From the NCBI GenBank assembly GCA_002269645.1, contig NIVC01000553.1:218554-282553 (forward strand): a stretch of DNA of 64,000 nt, read 5' to 3'. The DNA is from Macrostomum lignano. Taxonomy: Eukaryota. How positions within the stretch are numbered: the stretch's first letter is position 1; every line of letters begins with the position of its first letter. Below, piece after piece: positions 40,750 through 52,671 of this stretch. The translations under genes and the position numbers were made by a program. The notes beneath the pieces are model-generated. The model worked only from the letters and a program-made list of their open reading frames with translations. It ran no database searches and was not told the DNA's origin.

Positions 40750-43640
40750 AAAAGAAGCGTCATGTAAAAATCATAGAAGCGTCATGTAAACAATCATAGA
40801 AGCGTCATGTAAAAAATCGTAGAAGCGTCATTTAAAAATCATAGAAGCGTCATGTAAAAAATCATAGAAGCGTCATGTAAACAATCATAGAAGCGTCATG
40901 TAAACAATCATAGAAGCGTCATGTAAAAAATCATAGATGCGTCATGTAAAAAATCATAGAAGCGTCATTAAAAAATCATAGAAGCGTCATTTAAAAAATC
41001 ATACAAGCGTCATGTAAACAATCATAGAAGCGTCATGTAAAAAATCATAGAAGCGTCATATAAAAATCATAGAAGCGTCATGTAAAAAATCATAGAAGCG
41101 TCATGTAAAAATCATAGAAGCGTCATGTAAACAATCATAGAAGCGTCATGTAAAAAATCATAGAAGCGTCATATAAAAATCATAGATGCGTCGTTTAAAA
41201 AGTCATAGAAGCGTCATGTAAAAAATCATAGAAGCGTCATTAAAAAATCGTAGAAGCGTCTTTTAAAAAATCATAGAAGCGTCATATAAAAATCGTAGAA
41301 GCGTCATGTAAAAAATCATAGAAGCGTCATGTAAACAATCATAGAAGCGTCATGTAAAAAATCATAGAAGCGTCATAAAAACAATCATAGAAGCGTCATA
41401 TAAAAATCGTAGAAGCGTCATGTAAACAATCATAGAAGCGTCAAGTAAAAAATCATAGAAGCGTCATGTAAACAATCATAGAAGCGTCATGTAAAAAATC
41501 GTAGAAGCGTCATATAAAAATCATAGAAGCGTCATTTAAAAAATCATAGAAGCGTCATGTAAAAAATCATAGAAGCGTCATTAAAAAATCGTAGAAGCGT
41601 CTTTTAAAAAATCATAGAAGCGTCATATAAAAATCGTAGAAGCGTCATGTAAACAATCATAGAAGCGTCATGTAAACAATCATAGAAGCGTCATGTAAAA
41701 AATCATAGAAGCGTCATAAAAACAATCATAGAAGCGTCATATAAAAATCGTAGAAGCGTCATGTAAACAATCATAGAAGCGTCAAGTAAAAAATCATAGA
41801 AGCGTCATGTAAACAATCATAGAAGCGTCATGTAAAAAATCGTAGAAGCGTCATATAAAAATCATAGAAGCGTCATTTAAAAAATCATAGAAGCGTCATG
41901 TAAAAAATCATAGAAGCGTCATGTAAACAATCATAGAAGCGTCATTTAAAAAATCATAGAAGCGTCATATAAAAATCGCAGAAGCGTCATGTAAACAATC
42001 ATAGAAGCGTCATTTAAAAAATCATAGAAGCGTCATGTAAACAATCATAGAAGCGTCATGTAAACAATCATAGAAGCGTCATGTAAACAATCATAGAAGC
42101 GTCATGTAAAAATCATAGAAGTGTCATGTAAACAATCATAGAAGCGTCATGTAAACAATCATAGAAGCGTCATGTAAACAATCATAGAAGCGTCATGTAA
42201 ACAATCATAGAAGCGTCATGTAAAAAATCGTAGAAGCGTCATGTAAACAATCATAGAAGCGTCATGTAAAAAATCGTAGAAGCGTCATGTAAACAATCAT
42301 AGAAGCGTTATGTAAAAAATCATAGAAGCGTCATGTAAGCAATCATAGAAGCGTCAAGTAAACAATCATAGAAGCGTCATGTAAACAATCATAGAAACGT
42401 CATATAAATCATAGAAGCGTCATGTAAACAATCATAGAAGCGTCATGTAAAAATCGTAGAAGCGTCATGTAAACAATCATAGAAGCGTCATGTAAAAAAT
42501 CGTAGAAGCGTCATGTAAACAATCATAGAAGCGTCATGTAAAAATCATAGAAGCGTCATGTAAACAATCATAGAAGCGTCATGTAAAAAATCATAGAAGC
42601 GTCATGTAAACAATCATAGAAGCGTCATGTAAACAAACATAGAAGCGTCATGTAAACAATCATAGAAGCGTCATGTAAAAAATCGTAGAAGCGTCATGTA
42701 AACAATCATAGAAGCGTCATGTAAACAATCATAGAAGCGTCATGTAAACAATCATAGAAGCGTCATGTAAAAATCGTAGAAGCGTCATGTAAACAATCAT
42801 AGAAGCGTCATGTAAAAAATCGTAGAAGCGTCATGTAAACAATCATAGAAGCGTCATGTAAAAAATCATAGAAGCGTCATGTAAACAATCATAGAAGCGT
42901 CATGTAAAAAATCATAGAAGCGTCATGTAAACAATCATAGAAGCGTCATGTAAACAAACATAGAAGCGTCATGTAAACAATCATAGAAGCGTCATGTAAA
43001 AAATCGTAGAAGCGTCATGTAAACAATCATAGAAGCGTCATGTAAACAATCATAGAAGCGTCATGTAAACAATCATAGAAGCGTCATGTAAAAAATCGTA
43101 GAAGCGTCATGTAAAAATCATAGAAGCGTCATGTAAAAAATCGTAGAAGCGTCATGTAAACAATCATAGAAGCGTTATGTAAAAAATCATAGAAGCGTCA
43201 TGTAAGCAATCATAGAAGCGTCATGTAAACAATCATAGAAGCGTCATGTAAACAATCATAGAAACGTCATATAAAAATCATAGAAGCGTCATGTAAAAAT
43301 CATAGAAGCGTCATTTAAAAATCATAGAAGCGTCATGTAAACAATCATAGAAGCGTCATGTAAAAATCGTAGAAGCGTCATGTAAACAATCATAGAAGCG
43401 TCATGTAAAAAATCGTAGAAGCGTCATGTAAACAATCATAGAAGCGTCATGTAAAAAATCATAGAAGCGTCATGTAAGCAATCATAGAAGCGTCATGTAA
43501 ACAATCATAGAAGCGTCATGTAAACAATTATAGAAACGTCATATAAAAATCATAGAAGCATCATGTAAAAATCATAGAAGCGTCAAGAAAAAATCATAGA
43601 AGCCTCATTTAAAACTAATGAAAGTGTCATTTAAAAAATT
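40750..43640. repeat. 21-22-bp satellite (AAACAATCATAGAAGCGTCATGT)n, about 2.9 kb
   Basis: Direct. Confidence 0.98.
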
Positions 43641-44504
43641 AGGAAGCGTCATGGTAGAATAAAAGAAACGTCATGTCAGACATGAAGGGTTCATGTAAAA
43701 ATTAAATGCAACTATAATGCTGTGCTGGGGAGAAAAACTGAGACGTAAAGGCTCTCAGAGAATAACTGAGATTACGGGGGGGGGGGTTTCTGAGATGTCA
43801 AAGCAAAAGTCAGAAGCTACTTCAAAGTTCATGTACTTTACTCCATTTTTTATTGCATTCTTTGTTGGCTCGTCACGGGGGGGCGCTGATAGAAGAAGAG
43901 TCATGTAAAAAATAAAAGTAGCACTATGTATACATAAAAGAAAAGTCATGTCGAAGTTAAAAGATTCATTTGGGAATTGCTACGATGTCAAAGCTAGGTG
44001 GAAATCGTTATAGTGCTGTGATTCTTAAAGAAGGAATCACTAAAATGTCAAGGCTTAGGGGAGAAGAATTGCTGAGATTTCAAGGCTTTAGGTTGGGTTA
44101 AAGTTAGGTTTAGGTCAGGTGTGGGTTGAGGGTTATATTTTATCGGGTTTCAAGGTTAGCAGGGGATTTTTCAGATTTCAAGGTTTATGGGGCCATCGCT
44201 GACATGTTAAGGCTTACGGGGGAATAGCTGAGATGTCAAGGCTCACGGGGTATAAATGAGATTTCAAGGCTAAAGTCAGAAGCTACATGTAGTTTATTGA
44301 AAACTTTTTATTACATTATTTGATGCCTCCTCAGGGGAGGGATCGCTGATAAAAAAGCGTAATGTAAAAAATAAAAGAAGCTTCATGTCAAAGTTAAGAG
44401 ATTCATTTGGGAATCCCTACGATGTTGAGGCTTGCAAGGAATCGCTATAATGCTGTAGTAGTGCTATAATGACTCTTAGAGAGAATTACTGAAATTTCAA
44501 TGCT

Positions 44505-44549
44505 TTAGGGTTAGGGTTAGGGTTAGGGTTAGGCTAGGGTTAGGGTTAG
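44505..44549 (+). repeat. Interstitial telomere-type (TTAGGG)~7
   Basis: Direct; a more degenerate equivalent at 44088-44130. Confidence 0.9.
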
Positions 44550-44853
44550 AAGGTTGACAGATATTTTTAGATTTCCAAGGCTTATTGGGGGCATTGCTGA
44601 GATGTCAAGGGGGGAAGTTGATATGTTAAAGCTTGTGGGGGGGGGGAATTACTGACATGTCAAGGCTTACAAGGTTTGACAGGAGATTTTTTAAGATTTC
44701 AAGGATACATGTAGCTTATTAAAAAAACGTGTATTGCATTTCTTTGGCTCCCCAACGGGGGGCGTAGATTGCTAGTATTATACTCATTTTCCTGCTGTTT
44801 ATACTTTTATTTAATCAGGCACATATAGCTGCGGCTTTTTCCCTCCCTGACAG

Positions 44854-45498
44854 TCGACCAACACGCCTGGAGCTGAAGGCGGCCTGTCTCAGGTGCCCGA
44901 TCGGCCACGGCGCAACTCGGACCAAGGCCGAGTCCGCATCGTTGCCCCGGCAACCGCCGGCGCGGCTTCGTCGAGCGGCTCCTCGGCTTCGAATCGACGC
45001 TCGACAGTGAAGCAGTTTTTCGACAATTTCCGGCCGCGAGCCAAGTCCGAGTGCGCCCAGTCCATCGCTAGGCCGGCCGGCGGGAAGAACAGGAAAGCCA
45101 GCGGGGAAGAGAACGACTCGTCCTCGACTGCGGCAAACGGCGACAAACTCGACAGCAGCGTCGACGGCAATTTGGCAACAATTCGTCAGGGTGAAGAGTT
45201 TGTTGGCGCAGCAGTTCAAAGCTCGAAGAAGCGGTCGCGCAGTCCGCTGGGCCTCGTGAACCGGCTGAAGAGCTTGGCTGTGTCGTCCAACTCGACCGGA
45301 CCATCGGAGGCTGGCGGCTCGTCCTCTGCCGCCGCCGCCGCCGGAGATCAAAGCCGCTACCGGAGGCGATCCGGAACTGCCGGCATTGCCGGGTCCCAGC
45401 CGGGCCAGCTGCACAGCCTGCCGCATCCCAGCGAGATGCCGCTCGACTGCGCCTATCACGACGACGTCTGCGTTGACAAGCGGAACCGGATTCGAAAG
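44854..45498 (+). CDS. PRKAG: AMPK gamma gene, Ser-rich N-terminal extension exon
   Basis: Acceptor TTTTCCCTCCCTGACAG|, open frame STNTPG...KQFFDNFRPRAKSE...NRIRK, donor AAG|GTGGGT phase 0. Confidence 0.75.
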
Positions 45499-45534
45499 GT
45501 GGGTCAACTTTTTTAGGATTTTCTGGCCTTGAGA

Positions 45535-45790
45535 TGTTTGGATTTCCCAGATTATGGAAATCCTTGTAGGATTCCCTGTTTGGATTTCCCAGATTATGGA
45601 AATCCTTGTAGGATTCCCTGTTGGGATTTCCCAGATTAGGGAAATCCTTGTAGGATTCCCTGTTTTGATTTTCCAGATTAGGTAAATCCCTGGGAATTCC
45701 TGGTTTGGATTTCCCTTATCTGGGAAATTCCTAGGTATTCCCTGTTGGATTTCCCGATCTTAGGGTTTCTCAGATAAGGGAAATCACTAG
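45535..45790. repeat. ~42-bp degenerate repeat with internal GATTTCC..GGAAATC palindrome
   Basis: Direct. Confidence 0.8.
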
Positions 45791-46119
45791 GGAGGTTTTC
45801 CGTTTGTTTTTTCTGTTGTGGGCGTTTTCCACAGTTGTGAAATCTTTCGGATTTATCCAGTTGGAAATTCCCAGGGGTTTTCAAAGTTGGAATTTTCCTG
45901 GTATTTTTACATTTTGGAATTTCTAGAATTTCCTAAATACCTTGAATGCTCCAATTTGAAATTGCCCGGAATTTCACAGTTTAAATTTCTGGGACTTCTT
46001 ACCTCCCTGGGATTCTTCCACTTTGGAACACCCAGGGTTTCGTTTCTGGGGATTCGTAAGTTTTCTTGTTTTTTACATGCAAATTCTGCATTAAGTACTC
46101 CCCCCTGGTGGGTCTCATC

Positions 46120-46545
46120 ACTAGAATCCCCCTGATGCGGTTTCCTCATTTAGGGATTCCCCTGATGGGCTTCCCTCGTTTAGGGATTCCCCTGATGGGC
46201 TTCCCTCGTTTAGGGATTCCCCTGATGGGCTTCCCTCGTTTAGGGATTCCCCTGATGGGCTTCCTTCGTTTAGGGATTCCCCTGATGGGCTTCCCTCGTT
46301 TAGGGATTCCCCTGATGGGCTTCCCTCGTTACCCCTGATGGGCTTCCCTCGTTTAGGGATTCCCCTGATGGGCTTCCCTCGTTTAGGGATTCCCCTGATG
46401 GGCTTCCCTCGTTTAGGGATTCCCCTGATGGGCTTCCCTCGTTTAGGGATTCCCCTGATGGGCTTCCTTCGTTTAGGGATTCCCCTGATGGGCTTCCCTC
46501 GTTTAGGGATTCTCTTAATGGGGTTTCTTCGTTTAGGGATTTCCA
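46120..46545. repeat. 30-bp minisatellite (CCCCTGATGGGCTTCCCTCGTTTAGGGATT)n
   Basis: Direct. Confidence 0.95.
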
Positions 46546-46904
46546 TGATCTATCATAAAAACACAGTATCTTTTCACTGTTTATTCGGGAAAATGTTATA
46601 GCTACTCGGAAAAATTGCATAACGCTTATGACAATATAATCTTGTTTATTTGCTTCTAGTACTATACGTAAAGTACACATCATTCCGATTGGTATTTTAG
46701 GCTATTTCAGTGGATGAGTCTTACAGCAACCCGGTAAGATCCCACAGTTGCTTAATTGCTCATTAATGAGCAAATGTCTCGTGCACTCAACCATTTCTAG
46801 TGCCCATTGTGTAGTCTGTGCCGTGATTTTCTTAATAAACTCTACATTTTTATCGCAAACGTTTATGGTTGCTGATTATTTTTTTATAAATTTAGCATCA
46901 TTCT

Positions 46905-47460
46905 CCCCAGTAGCTTAGGTGTGGAATAGTCTATGGCCCAAGTCCCTCCTCAGTGTAGCCTAGGTGTCACAATAGTCTATGGCCAAAGTCCCTCCCTCAG
47001 TGTAGCCTAGGTGTCACAATAGTCTATGGCCAAAGTCCCTCCCTCAGTGTAGCTTAGGTGTCACAATAGTCTATAGCCAAAGTCCCTCCCTCAGTGTAGC
47101 CTAGGTGTCACAATAGTCTAAGGCCAAAGTCCCTCCCTCAGTGTAGCTTAGGTGTCACAATAGTCTATAGCCAAAGTCCCTCCCTCAGTGTAGCCTAGGT
47201 GTCACAATAGTCTATGGCCAAAGTCCCTCCCTCAGTGTAGCTTAGGTGTCACAATAGTCTATAGCCAAAGTCCCTCCCTCAGTGTAGCCTAGGTGTCACA
47301 ATAGTCTATAGCCAAAGTCCCTCCCTCAGTGTAGCCTAGGTGTCACAATAGTCTATGGCCCAACTCGCTCTTTAGTGCAGCCTAGGCGTCAGAATAGTCT
47401 ATGGCCCAACTCCATCCTTTCCGTCTAAAATTTGAGAATAGTCTATGGCCCACCTGCGTT
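46905..47460. repeat. 47-bp satellite, array 1
   Basis: ggccaaagtccctccctcagtgtagcctaggtgtcacaatagtctat repeated. Confidence 0.95.
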
Positions 47461-47760
47461 TAAAGTCAATTTCTTTATTCGTGATTATGCTTGCGATTAT
47501 TGCTCTTACTAAACGCGATTATAAACCTTATTATAAAGCTTGTTTCTTTCGATAATAATCATTATAATATCTTAGATATATTGGCACTTAATATGAACGG
47601 TTTGATTTACTTTGCACTTTACTATTAGTAGATTGTGAATATTGCGCGCGTTTTTTCTGAGAATTTTTCCTCCAATAAGTGCATTAGATAAAAGTGATAA
47701 CTTGTGAGATTTATTGGTTCTTAAGTATATATAATTCACTGTAAATTTTTGTTCCCACAG

Positions 47761-47845
47761 AACTCATACCCGCCACAGGCCGGCAATATTCAAGACAGAC
47801 ATCGCGATCTGTTTGAAAATCTGAGCCACTCTGCCGATGTTGAGG
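47761..47845 (+). CDS. PRKAG: AMPK gamma gene, 85-nt internal exon (NSYPPQAG...SADVE)
   Basis: TTTTTGTTCCCACAG| acceptor and |GTGAGT donor; open in phase 0; 85 nt converts the phase-0 donor at 45498 into the phase-1 acceptor at 51756. Confidence 0.7.
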
Positions 47846-47989
47846 GTGAGTTAAGTGGATTGTTGCAGCTTCAAACTGCAAGGCATTATAACAAAGTTTA
47901 GTCTCAGTTAAACTTAATTTCTTCAATTTTTGGTTCAGTTAATTGAATGTTATTAAATTAAATTAGATTGGTTTAGGTGTCGAATCGTC

Positions 47990-49720
47990 TCTGGCCCAAG
48001 TCCCTCCCTCAGTGTAGCTTAGGTGTCACAATAGTCTAAGCTAAGGCCTAAGTCCCTCCCTCAGTGTAGCTTAGGTGTCACAATAGTCTAAGCTAAGGCC
48101 CAAGTCCCTCCCTCAGTGTAGCTTAGGTGTCACAATAGTCTAAGCTAAGGCCCAAGTCCCTCCCTCAGTGTAGCTTAGGTGTCACAATAATCTAAGCTAA
48201 GGCCCAAGTCCCTCCCTCAGTGTAGCTTAGGTGTCACAATAGTCTATGGCCCAAGTCCCTCCCTCAGTGTAGCTTAGGTGTCACAATAGTCTAAGCTAAG
48301 GCCCAAGTCCCTCCCTCAGTGTAGCTTAGGTGTCACAATAGTCTAAGGCTCAAGTCCCTCCCTCAGTGTAGCTTAGGTGTCACAATAGTCTAAGGCCCAA
48401 GTCCCTCCCTCAGTGTAGCTTAGGTGTCACAATAGTCTAAGGCCCAAGTCCCTCCCTCAGTGTAGCTTAGGTGTCACAATAGTCTAAGCTAAGGCCCAAG
48501 TCCCTCCCTCAGTGTAGCTTAGGTGTCACAATAGTCTAAGCTAAGGCCCAAGTCCCTCCCTCAGTGTAGCTTAGGTGTCACAATAGTCTAAGCTAAGGCC
48601 CAAGTCCCTCCCTCAGTGTAGCTTAGGTGTCACAATAGTCTAAGGCCCAAGTCCCTCCCTCAGTGTAGCTTAGGTGTCACAATAGTCTAAGCTAAGGCCC
48701 AAGTCCCTCCCTCAGTGTAGCTTAGGTGTCACAATAGTCTAAGGCCCAAGTCCCTCCCTCAGTGTAGCTTAGGTGTCACAATAGTCTAAGGCCCAAGTCC
48801 CTCCCTCAGTGTAGCTTAGGTGTCACAATAGTCTAAGGCCCAAGTCCCTCCCTCAGTGTAGCTTAGGTGTCACAATAGTCTAAGGCCCAAGTCCCTCCCT
48901 CAGTGTAGCTTAGGTGTCACAATAGTCTAAGCTAAGGCCCAAGTCCCTCCCTCAGTGTAGCTTAGGTGTCACAATAGTCTAAGCTAAGGCCCAAGTCCCT
49001 CCTCAGTGTAGCTTAGGTGTCACAATAGTCTAAGCTAAGGCCCAAGTCCCTCCCTCAGTGTAGCTTAGGTGTCACAATAGTCTAAGCTAAGGCCCAAGTC
49101 CCTCCCTCAGTGTAGCTTAGGTGTCACAATAGTCTAAGGCCCAAGTCCCTCCCTCAGTGTAGCTTAGGTGTCACAATAGTCTAAGGCCCAAGTCCCTCCC
49201 TCAGTGTAGCTTAGGTGTCACAATAGTCTAAGGCCCAAGTCCCTCCCTCAGTGTAGCTTAGGTGTCACAATAGTCTAAGGCCCAAGTCCCTCCCTCAGTG
49301 TAGCTTAGGTGTCACAATAGTTTAAGGCCCAAGTCCCTCCCTCAGTGTAGCTTAGGTGTCACAATAGTCTAAGCTAAGGCCCAAGTCCCTCCCTCAGTGT
49401 AGCTTAGGTGTCACAATAGTCTAAGCTAAGGCCCAAGTCCCTCCCTCAGTGTAGCTTAGGTGTCACAATAGTCTAAGCTAAGGCCCAAGTCCCTCCCTCA
49501 GTGTAGCTTAGGTGTCACAATAGTCTAAGCTAAGGCCCAAGTCCCTCCCTCAGTGTAGCTTAGGTGTCACAATAGTCTGGCCCAAGTTCCTCCCTCAGTG
49601 TAGGTGTGTAGTTGAGGCGTTACAATAGTCTATGACCAAAATCCCTCTCCATTGTAGCTTAGACGTCACAATAGTCTATGGCTCAACTTTCTCTCCAGTG
49701 CAGCCTAGGCGTTGGAATAC
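47990..49720. repeat. 47/52-bp satellite, array 2
   Basis: Same unit with an optional GCTAA insert. Confidence 0.97.
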
Positions 49721-49795
49721 TCTATTAGATTAGATTAAATAAGTTTGATTTGGTTTATTTAAATCAATTTGCACTTCAATTTAAATTCGTTAGTT

Positions 49796-51175
49796 GTTGT
49801 TAAACGGGGTGGGAGGAGGAGCGCTGCCCGCGGATCAGCCCTAAGGGAGCTCTGCCGCATGGATCTTGCTGTGGGCCATACTACCAGGGGCTTAGAGCCC
49901 GAGAGGCATTGGAGCTACTAACCCAAGCCTATGGACTAAGACACTGCCAACCCAAAAGTGGAATCAGGGACGGTGCTAGGACCGAGTCCACCCAGGCCAC
50001 CCCCCAGCAGACAAGTCTTTGGGAGTGCGCAAAAAATTGGGATTGAAAAATGTTTGGGTTACTACTGAAAGCGGTCCGAGAGCGGGGGGACCCCGAAGTC
50101 TACGGAAATGGCTTAAATTAATTGGAGCGAGTCTGGGCAGCTTATTTACCAAGGGCGAGTCTCCTATCAAGAGGTAAAAATGCTCAAAAACCCTCTTATA
50201 GGGCTGCAAGTCTCAAGGCTTTTTCACTACCCAGCTCTAAACAATTGGAGCACTGCTAAAGCAAGGCTAAAAAATTGGAGTGAGTCTGGAAGGCTTGTAT
50301 CCGAGGGCGAGTCTCCTATCAGGCAGGAAGACCGTCTATCTATAGGGCTGCGAGCCACAAGGGTGTCACCTATCCAGCTCTATACAGGGCCAGGCCAAGG
50401 GGTCGGGAAGGGGGCACCCAGTGCAAGAGGACCCGGACTCAGCCGGTATCCCCGGTACGAGACGAACTTCCAACCCAGGACTCCATTCCACTGTCAGGAT
50501 GAGAGCCAGAGACACACAGGCAGGGAACTTCCAGAGGAGCCAGCAGGTGGACCAAGGCTATGTATGGAGCACGCTCACCGAGGCGAAATCGATAAAGTCC
50601 AATTAATTGGATGGCTCAAGTGCCAAGATAAAACCGGAGAATAAAACATTGGGAATAAAACTTGGGAGGATCACACAACCTCAGGGGCTCAGTCTCAGGA
50701 CTGGCATGCTACTGGGCTCTACCGTACACCTTTGTGAATGGTCATTTTCTTTCCTGCAGGGCGGGTGCAAGCGGGGGCTTAAGTCCCGTCCTAGTCACAC
50801 TGCAGTCCAGAGATCACACTCACTCCGGGCACACCCCCCTCCCCCTAAACCAATTCAAGGCCGAGGGCCGAAAAGCTAATAATTGGAATGAATGAAAAGG
50901 GTTATTTTTATAACAGGCACAGCCCCTCCATGGCGGACCCTTAGAAAATTGGGCTAGCCAGAGCTAGGCCAATCGGATTGCGCACAACCCTTAAAAATGC
51001 CGCCAGAGAGGCAGCCAGGGTAAGAGCAGTCAGAGATAGGGGCCCGTTCTATAAAGCCATTGTAAGATAAGATCGTTCTTAGCTCCTATCTCCTCAGTGT
51101 AAAAGTTCCGACGTACGATCGAACTTACGCTACGACAGCTTTATAATACGACCCCACCGTCTTTACGGCGTTAAC
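49796..51175 (-). mobile_element. Unclassified 1.38-kb noncoding insertion with 14-bp TSD, probably retroposed; spliced-leader-like 5' end
   Basis: TAAATTCGTTAGTT at 49782-49795 and 51176-51189; minus-strand 3' end ...TTTAACAAC; 5' end GTTAAC-GCCGTAAAGACGGT; internal duplication near 50120-50240 and 50275-50380. Confidence 0.55.
51030..51169 (-). ncRNA. Spliced-leader-RNA-like sequence (atypical)
   Basis: GCCGT-AAAG-ACGGT 5' hairpin, 41-nt exon-like segment, then GTAAGT donor in a stem-loop; lacks terminal ATG and a canonical Sm site. Confidence 0.3.
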
Positions 51176-51755
51176 TAAATTCGTTAGTTAAAAACAGACG
51201 GAGCCTCAGAAAGTGCTCCGTGTGTTTGTTCTGTTTTGTTTTACTTTGTTACTTTGTTTATTTGTTTGTTAATAATAAAATAACTGGATGGGCCACTCAG
51301 GCATATATACTTGGTAAAACAGCTTTCTACTTTTAGTTCAGTAGCAAAGAATGCACAACCTATTATATAAAAACAAAAGCAGCTGAAATGACTTTGATAA
51401 GTTTAGAAGCCTGAGCTTACAGGCGTAAACAACTTGCTAATTGGTTCAGCAATAATGTACAACAATTGTCTACATTAGCCAGTCCACTGAAATGTAGATG
51501 GCAGCTTTAGGCTGGAATTCCGAGAAAGGCAATAAAAATTGAGGCGGAGCGGGGGTAAAGTGGAAATGCGCGATTGGAGGGTTTAAGCGGGGGGAGGGGA
51601 GTAAAGAGCTAATAAATGAGCCTTGACTTAAAAAAACATTAAAATGCTTCTGTTTAACTCACTACTGAACTGAAAGTAGCTTACACGCAAATGTGCTGGG
51701 TAGCCCATCTAGTTATTCTAGTAGTTAAGAGTTACCGTCTCCAACGATCCCGCAG

Positions 51756-52302
51756 GCCAGTGCAGCATTCTGTCCCCAGCCGCTGTCGCAGAGTCCCAGG
51801 CTCGTTCCCGGCGCCTCTCCGGCCCCAACCTGCCAATGCCGGCTCGTTTAGCTGCGCCAAGCGCTGTTGGCGCCGTTGCCGGCTCCAATTCTGGCGCCCC
51901 AGATCTGGGCTGCTGCGGGCGTCGGCGCACCTTGTCTGGCGCCGCCACCTTGACCACTAAGGACGTGCAGGTGACCGAGAATGACAAGTACATCATCTTC
52001 AAGTCCAAATGCCAGAAATCGGACTGCTTCAGTGCCAACCTGGAGGAGATTCAACTGGAGCTGGCGCTTGGCCAGCCAAGCCAAGTGTTTGAGCTGCTCA
52101 CCCGCCATCACACTTGCTACGATTTGATTCCAACTAGCAGCAAGCTGCTGGTGTTTGACACCAACCTCAACGTGAGGAAGGCATTCTTTGCTTTGGTCTA
52201 CAACGGCCTGAGAGCTGCGCCGCTGTGGGACTCGGACAGGCAGAAATTTGTTGGCATACTCACTGTGACTGATTTCATCTACATTCTGCACAAGTACTAC
52301 AG
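51756..52302 (+). CDS. PRKAG: AMPK gamma subunit exon (CBS1)
   Basis: [60 protein letters not shown]; acceptor CCCGCAG|, donor AG|GTGAG. Confidence 0.95.
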
Positions 52303-52671
52303 GTGAGAAATTGAGCCTAACGTTTCAGCCCGCAGCAAGGGGAAAGGCAAGTTTAAAGCCCCGCCACCCCAACCCCTAACCGCGCAGACAGCCCCCAGCC
52401 AATCGCCGCCGCGCAAGGAGAGAAAATAATGCGCATTGGCCAGCCAGGGTTTGGGGAGGGGTAGACAGACAGACAGGGGTAGAGAGAAAAGCTCCCAGCC
52501 AGCCAACCAGCGAGCAGTAAGCAATTATAGCAAGTAGCAAGGGTCAAAGATGACAAAGTACCAACACAACACAACCAGTAATTAACGCTACATATCGGAT
52601 ATACGAGCTACAAAGGTGCAATATCTTGTTATCCAGTGTGTTTTTCTCTTTTTCAGTTACCCTAATGATTT

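Larger units (their letters stand above)
40156..44775 (+). mobile_element. Non-autonomous Helitron-like element carrying satellite arrays
   Basis: 5' A|TCCTATATACTAAAAATGGTCTGTCTGTG..GGCTGGACCGATTT; 3' hairpin GCTCCCC-AAC-GGGGGGC (44747-44763), 8 nt, then CTAG|T; no TSD, A|T target. Confidence 0.65.

Noticed and set aside
44505-44549. True chromosome end or telomere healing site
   Set aside because: Short, internal to a repeat module, with continuous gene structure on both sides
40750-49720. CRISPR-like appearance of regular 21-52-bp repeats
   Set aside because: Head-to-tail tandem units without unique spacers, no cas genes, eukaryotic intron context
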